Shown here: positions 22,501 through 34,760 of the stretch, in pieces
How positions within the stretch are numbered: position 1 is the stretch's first letter
How the letters are laid out: each line of letters opens with the position of its first letter
Origin: Tubulanus polymorphus
Taxonomy: Eukaryota; Animalia; Nemertea
DNA: 64,000 nt
Assembly (NCBI RefSeq): GCF_964204645.1
Contig: NC_134025.1
Span: forward strand, 24,160,299-24,224,298
Direction of reading: 5' to 3'
The notes under the pieces: model-generated
What the model saw: the letters and a program-made list of their open reading frames with translations, nothing else
Told to the model about the DNA's origin: nothing
Databases searched by the model: none
Translations under genes and position numbers: made by a program

Positions 22501-25500
22501 AGCCTAATTGGTGCTATCGCATTCACTTGCAATCTGACTTATTTTTGGAAGTTCTAAAGATGCTTCGATGTATTTTCTTGATATTTAGTTTATGAATGTA
22601 TTTACCATACACGCATCTGCCCAATAATAATGCAATCAGATTGAAGATGGCTGATTGCTGTATGTATTCACCAAGCCAGGGGTCACATGGTATTTCCATA
22701 TGTATTGGTGCTTACGCTTATTTTGTAACCAAAATCAATTGCAGAATCTTAGCACATTTTACAAGTTGTATGATTGTGGTGAATTTCAAGCTGCTTACTG
22801 TATTTGTTCACCAGGGGATGTTGATTATGGAATTTGTCAGATTGAAGTTCCACCAAATTCCACCAATTGGCCTTATCTTATTTATTCAGATTTTATTCGA
22901 ATTCATTTAACGATGATATAACATTCACTGTTTATTATTTAGGAGTGGCTCAGATGTAGACAGGTATATGTATACAATATTTATATATGTATATAATTTA
23001 CTTTATCCTTGGAGTAACGATTCTGTGATAATGGATATCTTCCAGTTTCACCATACCATATTTCACAAACAAACAATTGCTCTACAAAACCGTTGATTTA
23101 ACTCCTACCCTAAAATAATTTGTAGAATTATGTCCAAATTATATTGGATCATGATCAAATTTACTGAAAATTCTATGAATCAATGATAAAAATCTGGGAA
23201 ATACTGGTAATTTCAAATGCTTGCTTCTCAAATGAAAAACTTGAAACTGGGGTGTTGGTTTCAACTTTCATTTTTTAGTAGAATCCCTTCCTAAGTGAGA
23301 TTTATCCTCGATTATTAGAACTCATACTGTATCTAAAATCCAAGATTCTAGGTTTATTTACAGTACCAAAGAATAAATACGATTTATTATGAAGATATGT
23401 GGTTGTTAAATTCTTTTCAATGGGCTAATGTATTACAATATTTTTGCTTATGCTTTGTCTTTATATTTGGGCGAAATGTTTCAATTCCGAGGTTGTTTGC
23501 TTTACATGTATTACTTTATTTCAGGTAGAACAGAACATACAATTTGGCTTTGGGATAATCTTTTCTTAATTACTTTTTTGAAGTACTGGACATTTCACTT
23601 AGAATCACAATAGACGCATACATCAGAAATACATAAATTTGTAATGTATTTTTGTGTACATGTAGATATTTGTTAGTGCTCATATTCATATGATTATTGT
23701 TCCGTTATGATATTATTTGATACGTTTATTCCAATGTTTTTTCAACCATAGAATGTGTTTAGTATTATTTATCTCCATATTCGAGCAACATGAAAGCTTT
23801 TATTTGTCATTCATGATTGTTGTTGTTTTTTTTCATTTGGATCATTGGACAGAAATTTTTGAAAATTGAAAACTAAAAACAAAAATCTGAATCTTTTTCT
23901 GTTTTCAGTGGAAAGATGCTCTGGAAGGGAATTAAAGATGCTATAAAAGAGGTGAAATGATTTTCGATAATTTCGAATGGATCATGTACATGAATATATG
24001 AAGGTGAATTCACAATTCAAGCAATATCTCTGGTTTTTGTAGACTAGCGCTACTGATGTTTTACATGCACTCGGTGCTATACCTTCCGGATTCAGACAAA
24101 GCACACTGAGTATACTTCAAAAAGATGGTAACATTGTTTTCCTGCAACATTTATGATGATATTTCTTCCTTAATAAATGTAGAAATGTTGCGTTCTTAAT
24201 TTTTACACAGACGTTTACACCATGAAAAATTACCTGGCTCCGAAGTTGAGTATTTCAAATGTATTTTACAAGGATCTGTTTCTCAATCCTAGCACAAACA
24301 AGGTACTTATATTCCTATGAGGCATTACACATATTTCTATGCGTTGATTGAAAAACTAAAGCTTGTTTTTATGAATTTTTTGTAGATTCGTGCAAGAAAT
24401 GTGAGAGTTCAGCGAATTTTACAGATTCAGTCTTGTCGACAGATACCTTTACCTGGCTCTGGTAAAATCATAATTTGTGTTGTAATTCTGAATTCAAATT
24501 CCTAATGAATGTAATTCCTAAAATTGATCATATTTCTTTATTAATTCAATTTATCTTAATCCGATTTTACCGTTGGAACCAAAAATATACCATAATATCA
24601 ATTTGTTTAATAGGTGTCGAAATATCTGGTCGATGCATAAGAGTTTGTCTTTTTGATGGAAAAAATGTAAGTCAGATCCATTGATTAAGCTCTCTAGTCT
24701 CTTCTTTAAGTATTTTTCTAAGTGCAAATCATTTCTAGAATTTATATTTTCAAAATCTTGTGCAAATATATTTTTAGGTCCTGAGTAACATTCACGTTAT
24801 CCGTTGCCAAGCTCTGGATAAAGAAATGAAAACATGGGGATGTAGTTTAAAGGTATAGTTTTTAGCCCATTTGGGCTATTGTGTTCACTCTTTGTTCCTT
24901 GTTTCATATGCATATTGGTGTGTATCCCTCGGGGGCTCATCATCCTAAAGAAATACAGGCAGGCTTTTTGATCATAGAGTTTTTACACAATTGGAGGCCA
25001 GCTTAGTTTCATCAGTGAGAAAGGTTGTTTGAGGGAATGTCAACAGGTTTTGATCTATAGTCTTAATATTTGTAAATTGTTAGCATTGTCATAGGACAAA
25101 TCAATTGCAAAATTGTAGCTCATGACAAGTTCATCGAGTGTGGAGAGTTACCAGCTCATTGATTACCATATTTGTTTACCAGAATGTTGAAATTATCAGG
25201 TTCTCAACCATTTCACCTTGTGGGCACGGTGTCCCGGGATCCCCAGTTAGAATTTCCACGATCATATATCTTTTACTCATGAGCTGATTGAGAACAAATT
25301 TCAATGATAATCTCAATTCAGGTGAACGATATCATGAAGTGTTTGGATTATGGAGAGTTTTTCATCAGAACAAATTCATCGGAAGCTGAACTAGGTATGT
25401 AATAGATTTCTGATATTGAACAGGGTAATTCATTAGCGCTTAAATCTGTCTGCGTTATCGTGTTATGAATACATACGTATATTTATGATTTTAGGTATTT

Positions 25501-28500
25501 TATTTGAAATGTCATATCAGTTTGTGAGGGTAAGTTTATCAGTGATTGTTAATTCATTAATTTTGAAAAATTTCCATGTTGCTTTTTATGCTAATGAAGC
25601 TTGAAATTTCATATCTTAGTAACTGATATTATAAAAGAATGAGGAAAATGCTTTCTTAAGAGGTTAAAAATTGATATTTAATTATCAAATTCACTATTGT
25701 TAAAGTTTATTATCATTATTGGACTTTGAATTGTTGAGTGAATAGTGTTACTAACGCTATGCTTTTTGGCATGATTCTTGACTAGGTTTTTCCAACATGA
25801 TTAACAGTTGTGTGCGTGCTTTAAACTGTACTGTAATTACCAGGCCATTAAATATTCATATCAATCACTATTACCTGCGGTTCAACTGCTTATTGTTCTA
25901 CCCACTCGGCGTTTCAACTTGTTGATTGCCAGGTATATTCTTATTGTCGTTTTTTGCATTCACCGATTGCGATCGCGTTGCATTATTCATAAAACCCAGT
26001 CTCGAATGTCATCTTCTCGATTGAATAGCATTTTCAGCTGAATTATTATCTTGCATGTTCTGATTTTGCGGAATATCATTGTTCGGTGTATTCGTAGATT
26101 GTCTTGTGAAGCCCACGCCGTCTTCAATAATTAATGAAATTGCATATCAGCTCGTTTCTCTTTCTCTGCGTGGTATGTTGACCTTGCGAGATTGAAAAGC
26201 ATCTGAATACTGAACTTTTTGACTGAATTAATGCACGATTGTCTCGCTATGTAACAATTGCGTGTTTGGTAACTGTCATTGATACCTAGACTACCTTAAA
26301 AATAAAATGAAGAAATGACTTGAACGAATTGAAAAGATATCTTGCTAAGACACTTTTTAAAATTTTTTCTAACATATGCTTGTGTCCTTAACAGAAAACT
26401 GGAGAGCAAGGAGAGATGAGTGTTGGTTGGGTTAATTTACCGCTGTTTGAGCAGAATGGTGCTCCAATGGCCAACAAGTAAGAACTAGTTTCAGTACAAA
26501 CTATTCAATGTGTATTTCATGCAGTACAATGATTTCTATATGATTTCACTGTATTGGATGAATTAATGCTCTTAAATGAGACCTAGGGAACTATAGATAG
26601 TAGATAACTAGGACAATGAAGACCTTGAATAATTATTTTCGTGAATGTTCAAATCAATTTGGCTCTTTCAGGAACTATGATTTGCCAATAAATGGTGGTA
26701 CTATTCATGAAAAGGGGGTCGAAGTTGATCCTGATGTTGGAAAAACAGGTGAGTTATCCGAGAAAGAGTGAATTTAACGATCAATCATGATTGTTGATAA
26801 TTCTGAACCCATACAAATTGAAGCTATAGAATCTCAATGGTATCAATTAATTTGTCATGAATGAAAGAATGAAATCTTTGAAAGCAGTTGTACTGTCTTC
26901 TTGTACCTTTTTCATTCTTAATTTACTTGAATTTTGTACAAAACACATTAAATTCAAAACAATTTCAAGTACTAAATTTTTCTTCCGGTACATCTTAAAT
27001 TATCTTGAATTTCATGACAACTCACCGTTTTGTTATGTTATTTGGTTGGAATGCACCTGTGATACTATTTCAAGCCTCTTATACCAGTATATTGTTACAC
27101 CATCCTCTCAACGACCGTAACTGTTATGTAACCTTTTACTCCCTTAAATATGGACCACAGAACACCATTTACGCACGCATACCGGCTCAGGTATGGTAAT
27201 CTATATTATCATATTATACATACCAATTACTGCGTATGTGCAAAATCTTATTTTCTTTTTCCAATCATTTCCCTATTATTTTGAGAGTTGCTTTGATTGA
27301 TTCTAGGCTTTTTAGTATATGTATTTCAATATCTGATTAGTACTTTCAGGCAAAACGCCTTCTTCAAGGGAATTATGTATCTTTTCATTATCGATGGCTT
27401 TACCTGTATCCTTCTTGCTTCATATCAGTGGTACATGTGACTAAGGGACAGTGGGTTTTCTTTACCACCATCTGAAACACTTGTATGCCCTTTCTTTTCT
27501 TTTCTCATTGTTTTGATAGTGATGGTGATAGAACCATGACTTCTGGTTGTCCATTCACTTATTTTCATTTGTGCGAAAATACCGATACTACTGCAATTAA
27601 TTTCCTGAGAATATTTCCTATGAATCTAATAATGATATTCTGTAATCTTTTTTCAGATAAAGGTTCGTAATGAAAAAAAAGCTTTACAATATCTATTACT
27701 TTCCACCATAAAATCAACCATCCTTGGTTCACCTTGACATACTAATAAAAGTCCTTCTGTTGATTACTTACGATACATTACTTTCATTAGATATTACAAT
27801 ATTTTTAGCCCACTCTATACTTAAGTTCCAGCAGGCTATTGCATTCACATTATCTGCAGCCCAAAAACTGGCGCGATGAGAATCAAAATGGCAGACTGGC
27901 GGCCATTTTCCGCCAATTCAACACTTAACACATTTTTGAAGATTTCGAGTGATATTTTGAAGACACTGGTATTTTGATATAGATGTGCATATTATATACG
28001 TATAATGGTACCTATTCATATTTTGTAACCAAGCATGGTGTCCCCGAACCCCTAGTTTGTTACTTGGGTATGTATTATTGTAACTAATGATGCAGCTGTG
28101 GAAAGCTTTGCAAGTGCAATCAGTGGGTGAAAAGAGGAAATTTAACAGCTACCTGCTAGCCTCGAAAACCTGTGGTATACATATCCAGGATTATGAGTTT
28201 ACTTTGAGTAACTGACAGTACCATTGAAAATTATTGACATAGAAAGATTCACACTGAATACACAAATAGTCACACTGGCATAATTTTTTCAATGCATTAG
28301 GTTAATCTTCATAAATCCCCAGAGATGATAGTAGAAATTGTAGGTTTATCTTTTAGAAGAGAAGGGCTGTATCTTTGAATATCTTATTGGTTGATTTCTT
28401 ACCACCCCCTACAGAATCATTCCTTGCTTTGCCAAAATGCTGTTCATTTCTTCTTAATCATCTTTTGAAAAGCCAGTTACACTTTTCATAACGGATATTG

Positions 28501-30813
28501 CAGTCTTTCCTTACATAAATCTTGCTCTATTAGCATTTAAATTCTTCCTTTTTCGATACTATCTGTGGTAAGGCTGGAATTCCAGTTGGCGCTTGATAGA
28601 AAACACTGAAGATGATATCAGTACCACAATTTGTCCGTTTATAGCTGCAGAGACTAAATTGCTTATAAAAGGTATTCAGGGTAAAATCAAATGATTATCC
28701 ACTTTGAAAGTGGTTCCTTGACTGTTCAAATTGTTATATTGAAATTCATCAGTTATGTTTGAAGTTCTATGGTTGCTAATTTGATTTTTGATTTTTCTTA
28801 TCTCCTGATTAATCAAATTGGTAGTTTAATGTATATATCTGTGAACCTTAAACCCGATTGTTGCCCTTCTGTGTCAATAGATATTTTTTATTTCACCTAT
28901 AAATATTTGAAAAAAGGTAAGCTGTGTTGACTGTTAGAAGCCCGCAAATGTATATTTTGCTGTTCTCATACAAATGTATGCCTTCGCTATTCCTTTTGTT
29001 GTAAAATCTTTCATTTCTGATTTTTCCAGCTGGTACAAATCGATTGAGAACGTTGATGTCCAGTAAAAAACAACCACGACTGTTAGTGAAAGCATTCATG
29101 CCAAACAGAGAACAAAAGGACCAGTTAGAGTAAGAAAGTGACAGAATTTCAGCTCCAGTTGCTAGTTGTATTAGTCAAGTGCATCTGTATATACTATGTA
29201 AATGCCGTTGTAATTTTTTCTTTTCAGTATGTTGCCAGATGTTATCGTAGGCAGTAGTATACATATACCTTTTCTATCTTATTACCGACAAGTTTTGGCT
29301 GATGAACTGCTCCGCGATCGTGTTGATATCAATTCAACCGGTAAGATTCATTCCGCAATTCAATTGCTTTGTAACGCAACTTCTCAAAGCTTCCGAACAT
29401 CTTCAAAATTTGTCGTCCATTTCGGAAATTTGGATGAGCCTCATAATAACTCGAACAAGAGTTGCAGTTTCTCGGCTCACTTACAAAAGTTTGATGAAAT
29501 CATAACGGTACATTTATGATTTCAGAGATCATCCACAATCCAATGCTTGTATCTTTCCCGACAGCAGCTGAACAACATGATATCATGGATGCTATTAGGG
29601 TGAGATATCTATCCAAACGAATTACTTGTTTTTCTATGTCCTATTGTAGACTTGTTTTGAATGAAACGTTCTTGATCTGTTTCGACCATTTTCAGTTCGC
29701 GTGGATTGAGAAATTGAAAATCACAAGAAGACAGGACAAAGTAAGATCATTGGACTTGCATGTCTTGTGTAGTTTAGTATTTTTATCCAAACTCATTCTT
29801 CATTGTTACTGATACAGGTTCAATTTGGATCCCGGTTTCACGCACGTGTTGTATGATATTTTTATTTTTCTCCCTTTGGCTAAAAACTTATTTTAGTGAT
29901 TGCCGTAGATCACTTTCCTTGATGAGATTTATTATCAAGTTTGAAAAATAATTTCTCCCTGCCTAAATGAATATGTCTTTAGCATCATGAAGTACATACT
30001 GCTTATCTATCCAAAATTGATTTTAATTTTGTAAATCAAACCATGTATTCATCATTCTATGGGCTTGTCGCAAATTATTTGGTAAATAGGGAATCTTGCT
30101 CCTGATTCGTATATAACTATATGTCTTTTCCAACTGTTTGAATAATCATGTTGACAAAAAAACTTGGATAAAAGCCAATTTTATGGCATCGAGACTATTT
30201 TTGTTTGACTTGTTTTTTATGAAAAAAATCTTTTGTGCTCACTGATTCACTTTATGTGTCAGTACTACATGTACCGGTACTTATGACCTCTATACATCCG
30301 AGAGCTCCATAGTGAAAACATTCAAGAGGCCTGAATAATTTTTTTGTGTGTAATTATTTTCTAGAAAGAACAAGAACAGCTGAAAGACTTATTTAGTCAA
30401 ACGTACATGGAGTCTGGTTATCCCCTACTAAATCTAAACTCATTACCCAACTTTATACTTGGTAACAGTAATACAGAAGATGTAAGTATTGCGTCTGCAA
30501 CCTCTTGCTGTCCAAATCATTGCTTAATCTGATTTGTTAAAAATAATCAATGTTTCCTAGACAACAAATGTTTCCTAGATATCTACTTTATACAAAATCA
30601 TTCAGTTTACAACATATATATTTAATTGAAATATGAAATCTTATTACATTTTTTCAGCTGAGATTTGCAGAAATCAGTAAATTTACTCAAATTATACGCG
30701 ACAAGAAAACCGTTCTAGCAGCCCTGCTATCACCAGATATAAATTACCAGCCGTTTGATATCAAAGAATTATCATATGAAGTAGCAGGACAGTTTTGTCT
30801 CATCAAACACTAG
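19579..30813 (+). CDS. NPHP1: Nephrocystin-1, complete multi-exon gene (coiled coil, acidic region, SH3, nephrocystin homology domain)
   Basis: Exon 1 (19579-19644) encodes MPKKVSSPLQSSQKEVDSLKKK. Acidic exons span 21142-21820. SH3 exons 21899-21993 and 22085-22155 encode FEAIVDYVAQQPEDLGF..EDGWWEA..GMVPSTYL. Later exons encode TDVLHALGAIPSGFRQSTLS, SCRQIPLPG, CLFDGKNVLSNIH, GEMSVGWV and YYRQVLADELLRDR. The last exon (30658-30813) ends ALLSPD..QPFDIKE..KH*. All match remembered human NPHP1 motifs in order. Confidence 0.95.
20065..20702 (+). mobile_element. 5'-truncated non-LTR retrotransposon (LINE ORF2 C-terminus, 3' UTR and tandem tail) with target-site duplication
   Basis: An open frame to the stop at 20490 encodes KLRSYKLFK...FSKLRLGSHNLRIETGRH...DRICQFC..VDDELHFLIDC, the zinc-finger-like C-terminus of LINE RT proteins. 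It is followed by AATAAA (~20673) and an (AAGTTC)n tail. The 10-bp TSD ttcctttatt is at 20055-20064 and 20703-20712. Confidence 0.9.
22943..22963 (+). CDS. NPHP1: 21-nt symmetric microexon of NPHP1 (candidate cassette exon)
   Basis: tttattatttAG|gagtggctcagatgtagacag|GTatatg. It is phase 2-2, in frame (SGSDVD), and lies between the exon ending at 22406 and the exon starting at 23909. Confidence 0.6.
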
Positions 30814-31299
30814 ACCACAGAGATTCATCATAGTCAATATATCTTTCCGTCCATTTATTAGATCTACTTAGATCTGTGTAATTCTCTTTTCTATGATTAT
30901 TTGTGTGATGGATAAACTGTTATTGCACATAATTGCTGGACTTTAGCTAGGCATTATTTGTCATACATCTATTATGCTGCATCATAAGTACCTGTCAATT
31001 TTACTAATTACGTTTTATGATAGTATTGTTAATGTACGAAATATTTTAAAGTATATATAGTAAAAATTTGATAATAAATATTTAATAAACCTAAAATGAA
31101 TAGTTTTTGTTTGTTCATTGTCTTTTTTCCTGACATAATAAATCTTCGTGGCGAAGTAGAACCAACTTACTATGGAGTGAGGACAGCCTGGACAAGGTGG
31201 AAAAGAACATCAACGTGTTTTATCTTGGACAAACAAATTGCGCATTTTAGGGGTTCGAACTCGATATCGGAAAATCAAAATTCCCGCAATAAACTTCTC

Positions 31300-31751
31300 C
31301 AGGCATGACGTAAAAAGGCGCGCCCTCACGAATGAATGACCCAAATGGACTGCTGTGGTAGTTCCTGGAAATCCCCTTGAGATCAGACTGCGCGCGCTCG
31401 CGTGAGTTGCTAGCGTCTTTCGTTTATTCTACGTATTCTACCGATTATCTTGCAACTCAAACAAACTACTGCAATACAGGATAACGTTGGGTGACCCGGT
31501 ATCATTAAATGAGTTTTATTATAATCGCCGTTAACTACGAAACACAGTTTTCGAGTTTGTTGGGCGAGTGCCAGCAGCTAGCTCTCTATGATTTGATTGG
31601 CTACGAGAACCTATGACGTCTCAGATCAAAACAAACTAACGTGGCTCTTTACGAGATTGTTTATAATGTTGTTTTGGAATTTGCAGAAGCGCGACTTGTT
31701 TGACAATTGACATAATTTATCGACTGTTAACGGGACTAATAAGTTATTGAG
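31300..31751 (+). promoter_or_regulatory. Probable promoter and non-coding first exon of the downstream gene
   Basis: CpG-rich patch just after the NPHP1 polyA region, containing TGACGTAA (31306), GGCGCGCC, an inverted CCAAT (ATTGG, 31596-31600) and TGACGTC (31614). A strong donor GAG|GTAAGA follows at 31751/31752. Confidence 0.55.
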
Positions 31752-33564
31752 GTAAGACTTTATCAGATGAATAAAGTGAACTTATATGTGTTCAATCATT
31801 GTCATGCTGGATAGTAGTGCTTTTTGGCTTGTTAATGCAGTGAATCGAATGATGGTAGTAATTAAACATCACACCTTTTCTTGTGGCTTTTATTTCTTGC
31901 TTCCTTTCAGCTTTCACAGGAACATGCGTAGGCGCCAGAGGCAGGGATTTATTTTGTGATCAGGATTATCAGAATTCTTTTTTAAACTCCTCTTCAGAGT
32001 TTAAACCTAGCCTATAGCCTATAGTATAATTGTCTTTAGACTTAGGATAATCAGACTTATAGAAGCTGGGACTACTTCAATGAGTGTTGCAGAGGAACAA
32101 ATATTACAATTATAGTATAGTACATTTTAGTATAGTATATTTCAGACAGCATAATTCATGTCAATGCATGACATTTCATTGCATTGCCATTGGCAGCGTG
32201 AATGTCAATACATAACAATATCTACTATAGGCCTAGCCAAGTTGCGCAATATTTGAAATGCTTTAACAGGCGAGAAGTTTGTGTCCTCATTTCGTCAAGC
32301 TAAAAGTGCTTCGCACTTTTGAGAAAGGTGTCTGGGAATTACATGAAATCTCGATAATTCCCGGCCATATTGTTTAACTTATTGATTATGCATGCACGTA
32401 TGCGAGTACTATTGATTGTGGTTTGCTTTCGGTGTGGATGTTGTTGTAAAAACTTCACTAAACAACCGCTGCATCGCGCTAGTGTGTAGCGCGCGAGTCG
32501 TGTTGTGACAGGTATACTTGGCATCATTTGTAGATGAACTATTACTGAGCCAGCATGTACTACGGATAATTTTTCAATTTGCTGGTATGAAATCACTTCA
32601 GGATTTAGGATAAAAATATCTCTGCTTCAAATATTATTGGATTATCGACATTGCATGGGAAATATTTTGGTTTGTATCCGATATTGAATTTTTCTGTGGA
32701 AATGATTTATTAAAACTTCAATCTCTGAAATGAGTGTTGATAAAAAAGTTGCCAGTGCTTTTTAAGTTATTGCTCATTAATCTTAATCTGACCAGCTGTG
32801 CAGCTGAACAAAAATCTCTATATTATATCGGGATAATTTATCTTTCCTTTAACCTTTTCATTTTTTTCTGCTTGAAATTTTCGCTGAAAATTAGAATAAG
32901 ATTATCATTGAAAATTAAAGGCATTTTTATTATTTTTCATTGATAAATATTCTTAAATGCTTATACTCATTTAAGTATCTTTTAAATCGTTTTCTGTGAC
33001 GCATATGGTACTTACTTTTGTTAATTCTAATTATCAAATAAGATGCTATTCATATTCTTAAATTTTTCTTTATATCCATATTATATTTTATAAGATTTTA
33101 TTGTTTAAGAATTAACGAATTCAACCTAAAGATATTATTCATCTTGATTCCTTATGAAAAAGGTTGAAAAACCAGCTCATCTGAATAAGTACAATTTTGT
33201 TTGCTTTAGATTGTCGTGAGTAGAATTGTACTTAGCCCGAGTTGAGCTAATGGGAATTTTCAGCGTGCTCGCTGTTTGGAATTACCCATTTGAATTACGG
33301 CTTTAGTGAAAATAGACCACTCTACTGTTAGTTAATGCACAAAAAGTACACAGTCAATATTTGTCGAGAAATTTGCCATGAGATTTTCAGTTGCTGAGAG
33401 CGAAAACTTTTACTCAGTTTTTCATTGGCTGTAAAGGTAATATATGAGAATGCATAAGCATTCATTTGGGAGTCGTGACTGGTCGAATCTTTCTTTTCGT
33501 CGTAATGAATATTTTTCGCGTTGTATTTTGCAGGAGGTTTAGTCATCACGCGTACGGGTCGCAA

Positions 33565-34255
33565 ATGACAGACCAGGAAGAAGACAGGGTTTTACCGGTG
33601 CCTTGTAGGGACAAGGAGAAACAGTGCCCGCCAGATCTCACCGTTCAGGTATCGTCTAGTTCCGACAACCCGGACATCACGTCGCAGATATCCGGCGCCA
33701 GCGCGTTGCCCGACGATGTCCGGCGTCAGCACCAGCTATCCCCGATGGCCGCGTGCCTCTACGCCGGCAAACGCGACAGTGGATATCTAACCGACTCACC
33801 TGCTAGTCAAAGTACGACGCAGTTCACGTACGATCTCGCGTCGACTCCGGAAGACTTATCCGGCGAATTGTTCCGACTCAGTATATCGACGTCGGAAATT
33901 TGCGAGGAGGACGAAGACGAAGATGACGACGATGACGCCGTTTTCACGAATGATCCGATGCCGGATCGATGGTTTGGGCGGATACCGACCACGCAGCCGA
34001 TCGCGATACCGCAGCGCCGGTCGGGGTTGAACGCGCCGGGGCCGCCGATACACACGTCATCCCCTCAACCGCGTCCGCTGCGACATATTCGATATTCTAC
34101 GGGATCTTTACCAGTCGGCATTTCAGTAAATCACGGAGATGGCCCCGGACGGCTGCACGTTTCCACGCAGACGCCGCGGTGTTATCTTAACGAATATCTC
34201 TACATGCCGTGGTACATCGGAGAAGAACCACCTAGAGCTCTCCGGCCTGATCAAG
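33565..34255 (+). CDS. First coding exon of an intrinsically disordered protein, candidate Bim/Bmf-like BH3-only protein (C-terminal exons not in window)
   Basis: GC-rich exon bounded by ttttgcAG| (exon starts 33534) and AAG|GTagg (phase 1), giving 230 codons from the ATG at 33565. Motifs are RDSGYLTDS, EEDEDEDDDDDAVF..TTQP, HVSTQTPRCYLNEYL and IGEEPPR. Confidence that it is a coding exon is high; the family call is an inference. Confidence 0.6.
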
Positions 34256-34719
34256 GTAGGCTTAATTCTTTTTCATTTTGAGATTACATGAATCGCTAAC
34301 TTCTGACATTTCTTTCGGATGGAATTGATTACTTCTGGAAGCCATTTCAGAAAATTGCGCTGTAATTGTGTGTGCTGACATTCATTTTTACAATGTTTGA
34401 TTTTGTGTGTATATGTTACAATGAACTTATGATGTGATGACCTCAGGCGGAATATATCGGATTAGATTACTGTAAACAGTCGATAAGCTTATTAGGGCCC
34501 ATTATTTAAAATGATACTAGAATTACAGGTGTATGTAGTATCCTTGGCAAGTTATCAGTTTGCAGAGAAATAGTCGTCATCACCGCATGATGCCTTTTCC
34601 TGTTGCACCCAAACAAATCACAGTTTGAAAATATGCCAATTCATTTTTCCAGCATTTAATTGCACATCTCTTCTGATGCTGATGACTTGGCGGGGTAGGA
34701 TAAGTACTTCCCTGTAAAA

Positions 34720-34722
<3 letters not shown>

Positions 34723-34754
<32 letters not shown>
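34723..34754. repeat. (AT)n microsatellite
   Basis: Perfect AT dinucleotide run. Confidence 0.95.

Positions 34755-34760
<6 letters not shown>

Noticed and set aside
33565-34255. Assignment of the disordered exon to FAM117/GLCCI1 or PRAS40
   Set aside because: TQTPxC and SLPV are shared, but the RRTxSLD/YLxGQWP block of FAM117/GLCCI1 and a clear TOS motif are absent. These remain fallback hypotheses only.
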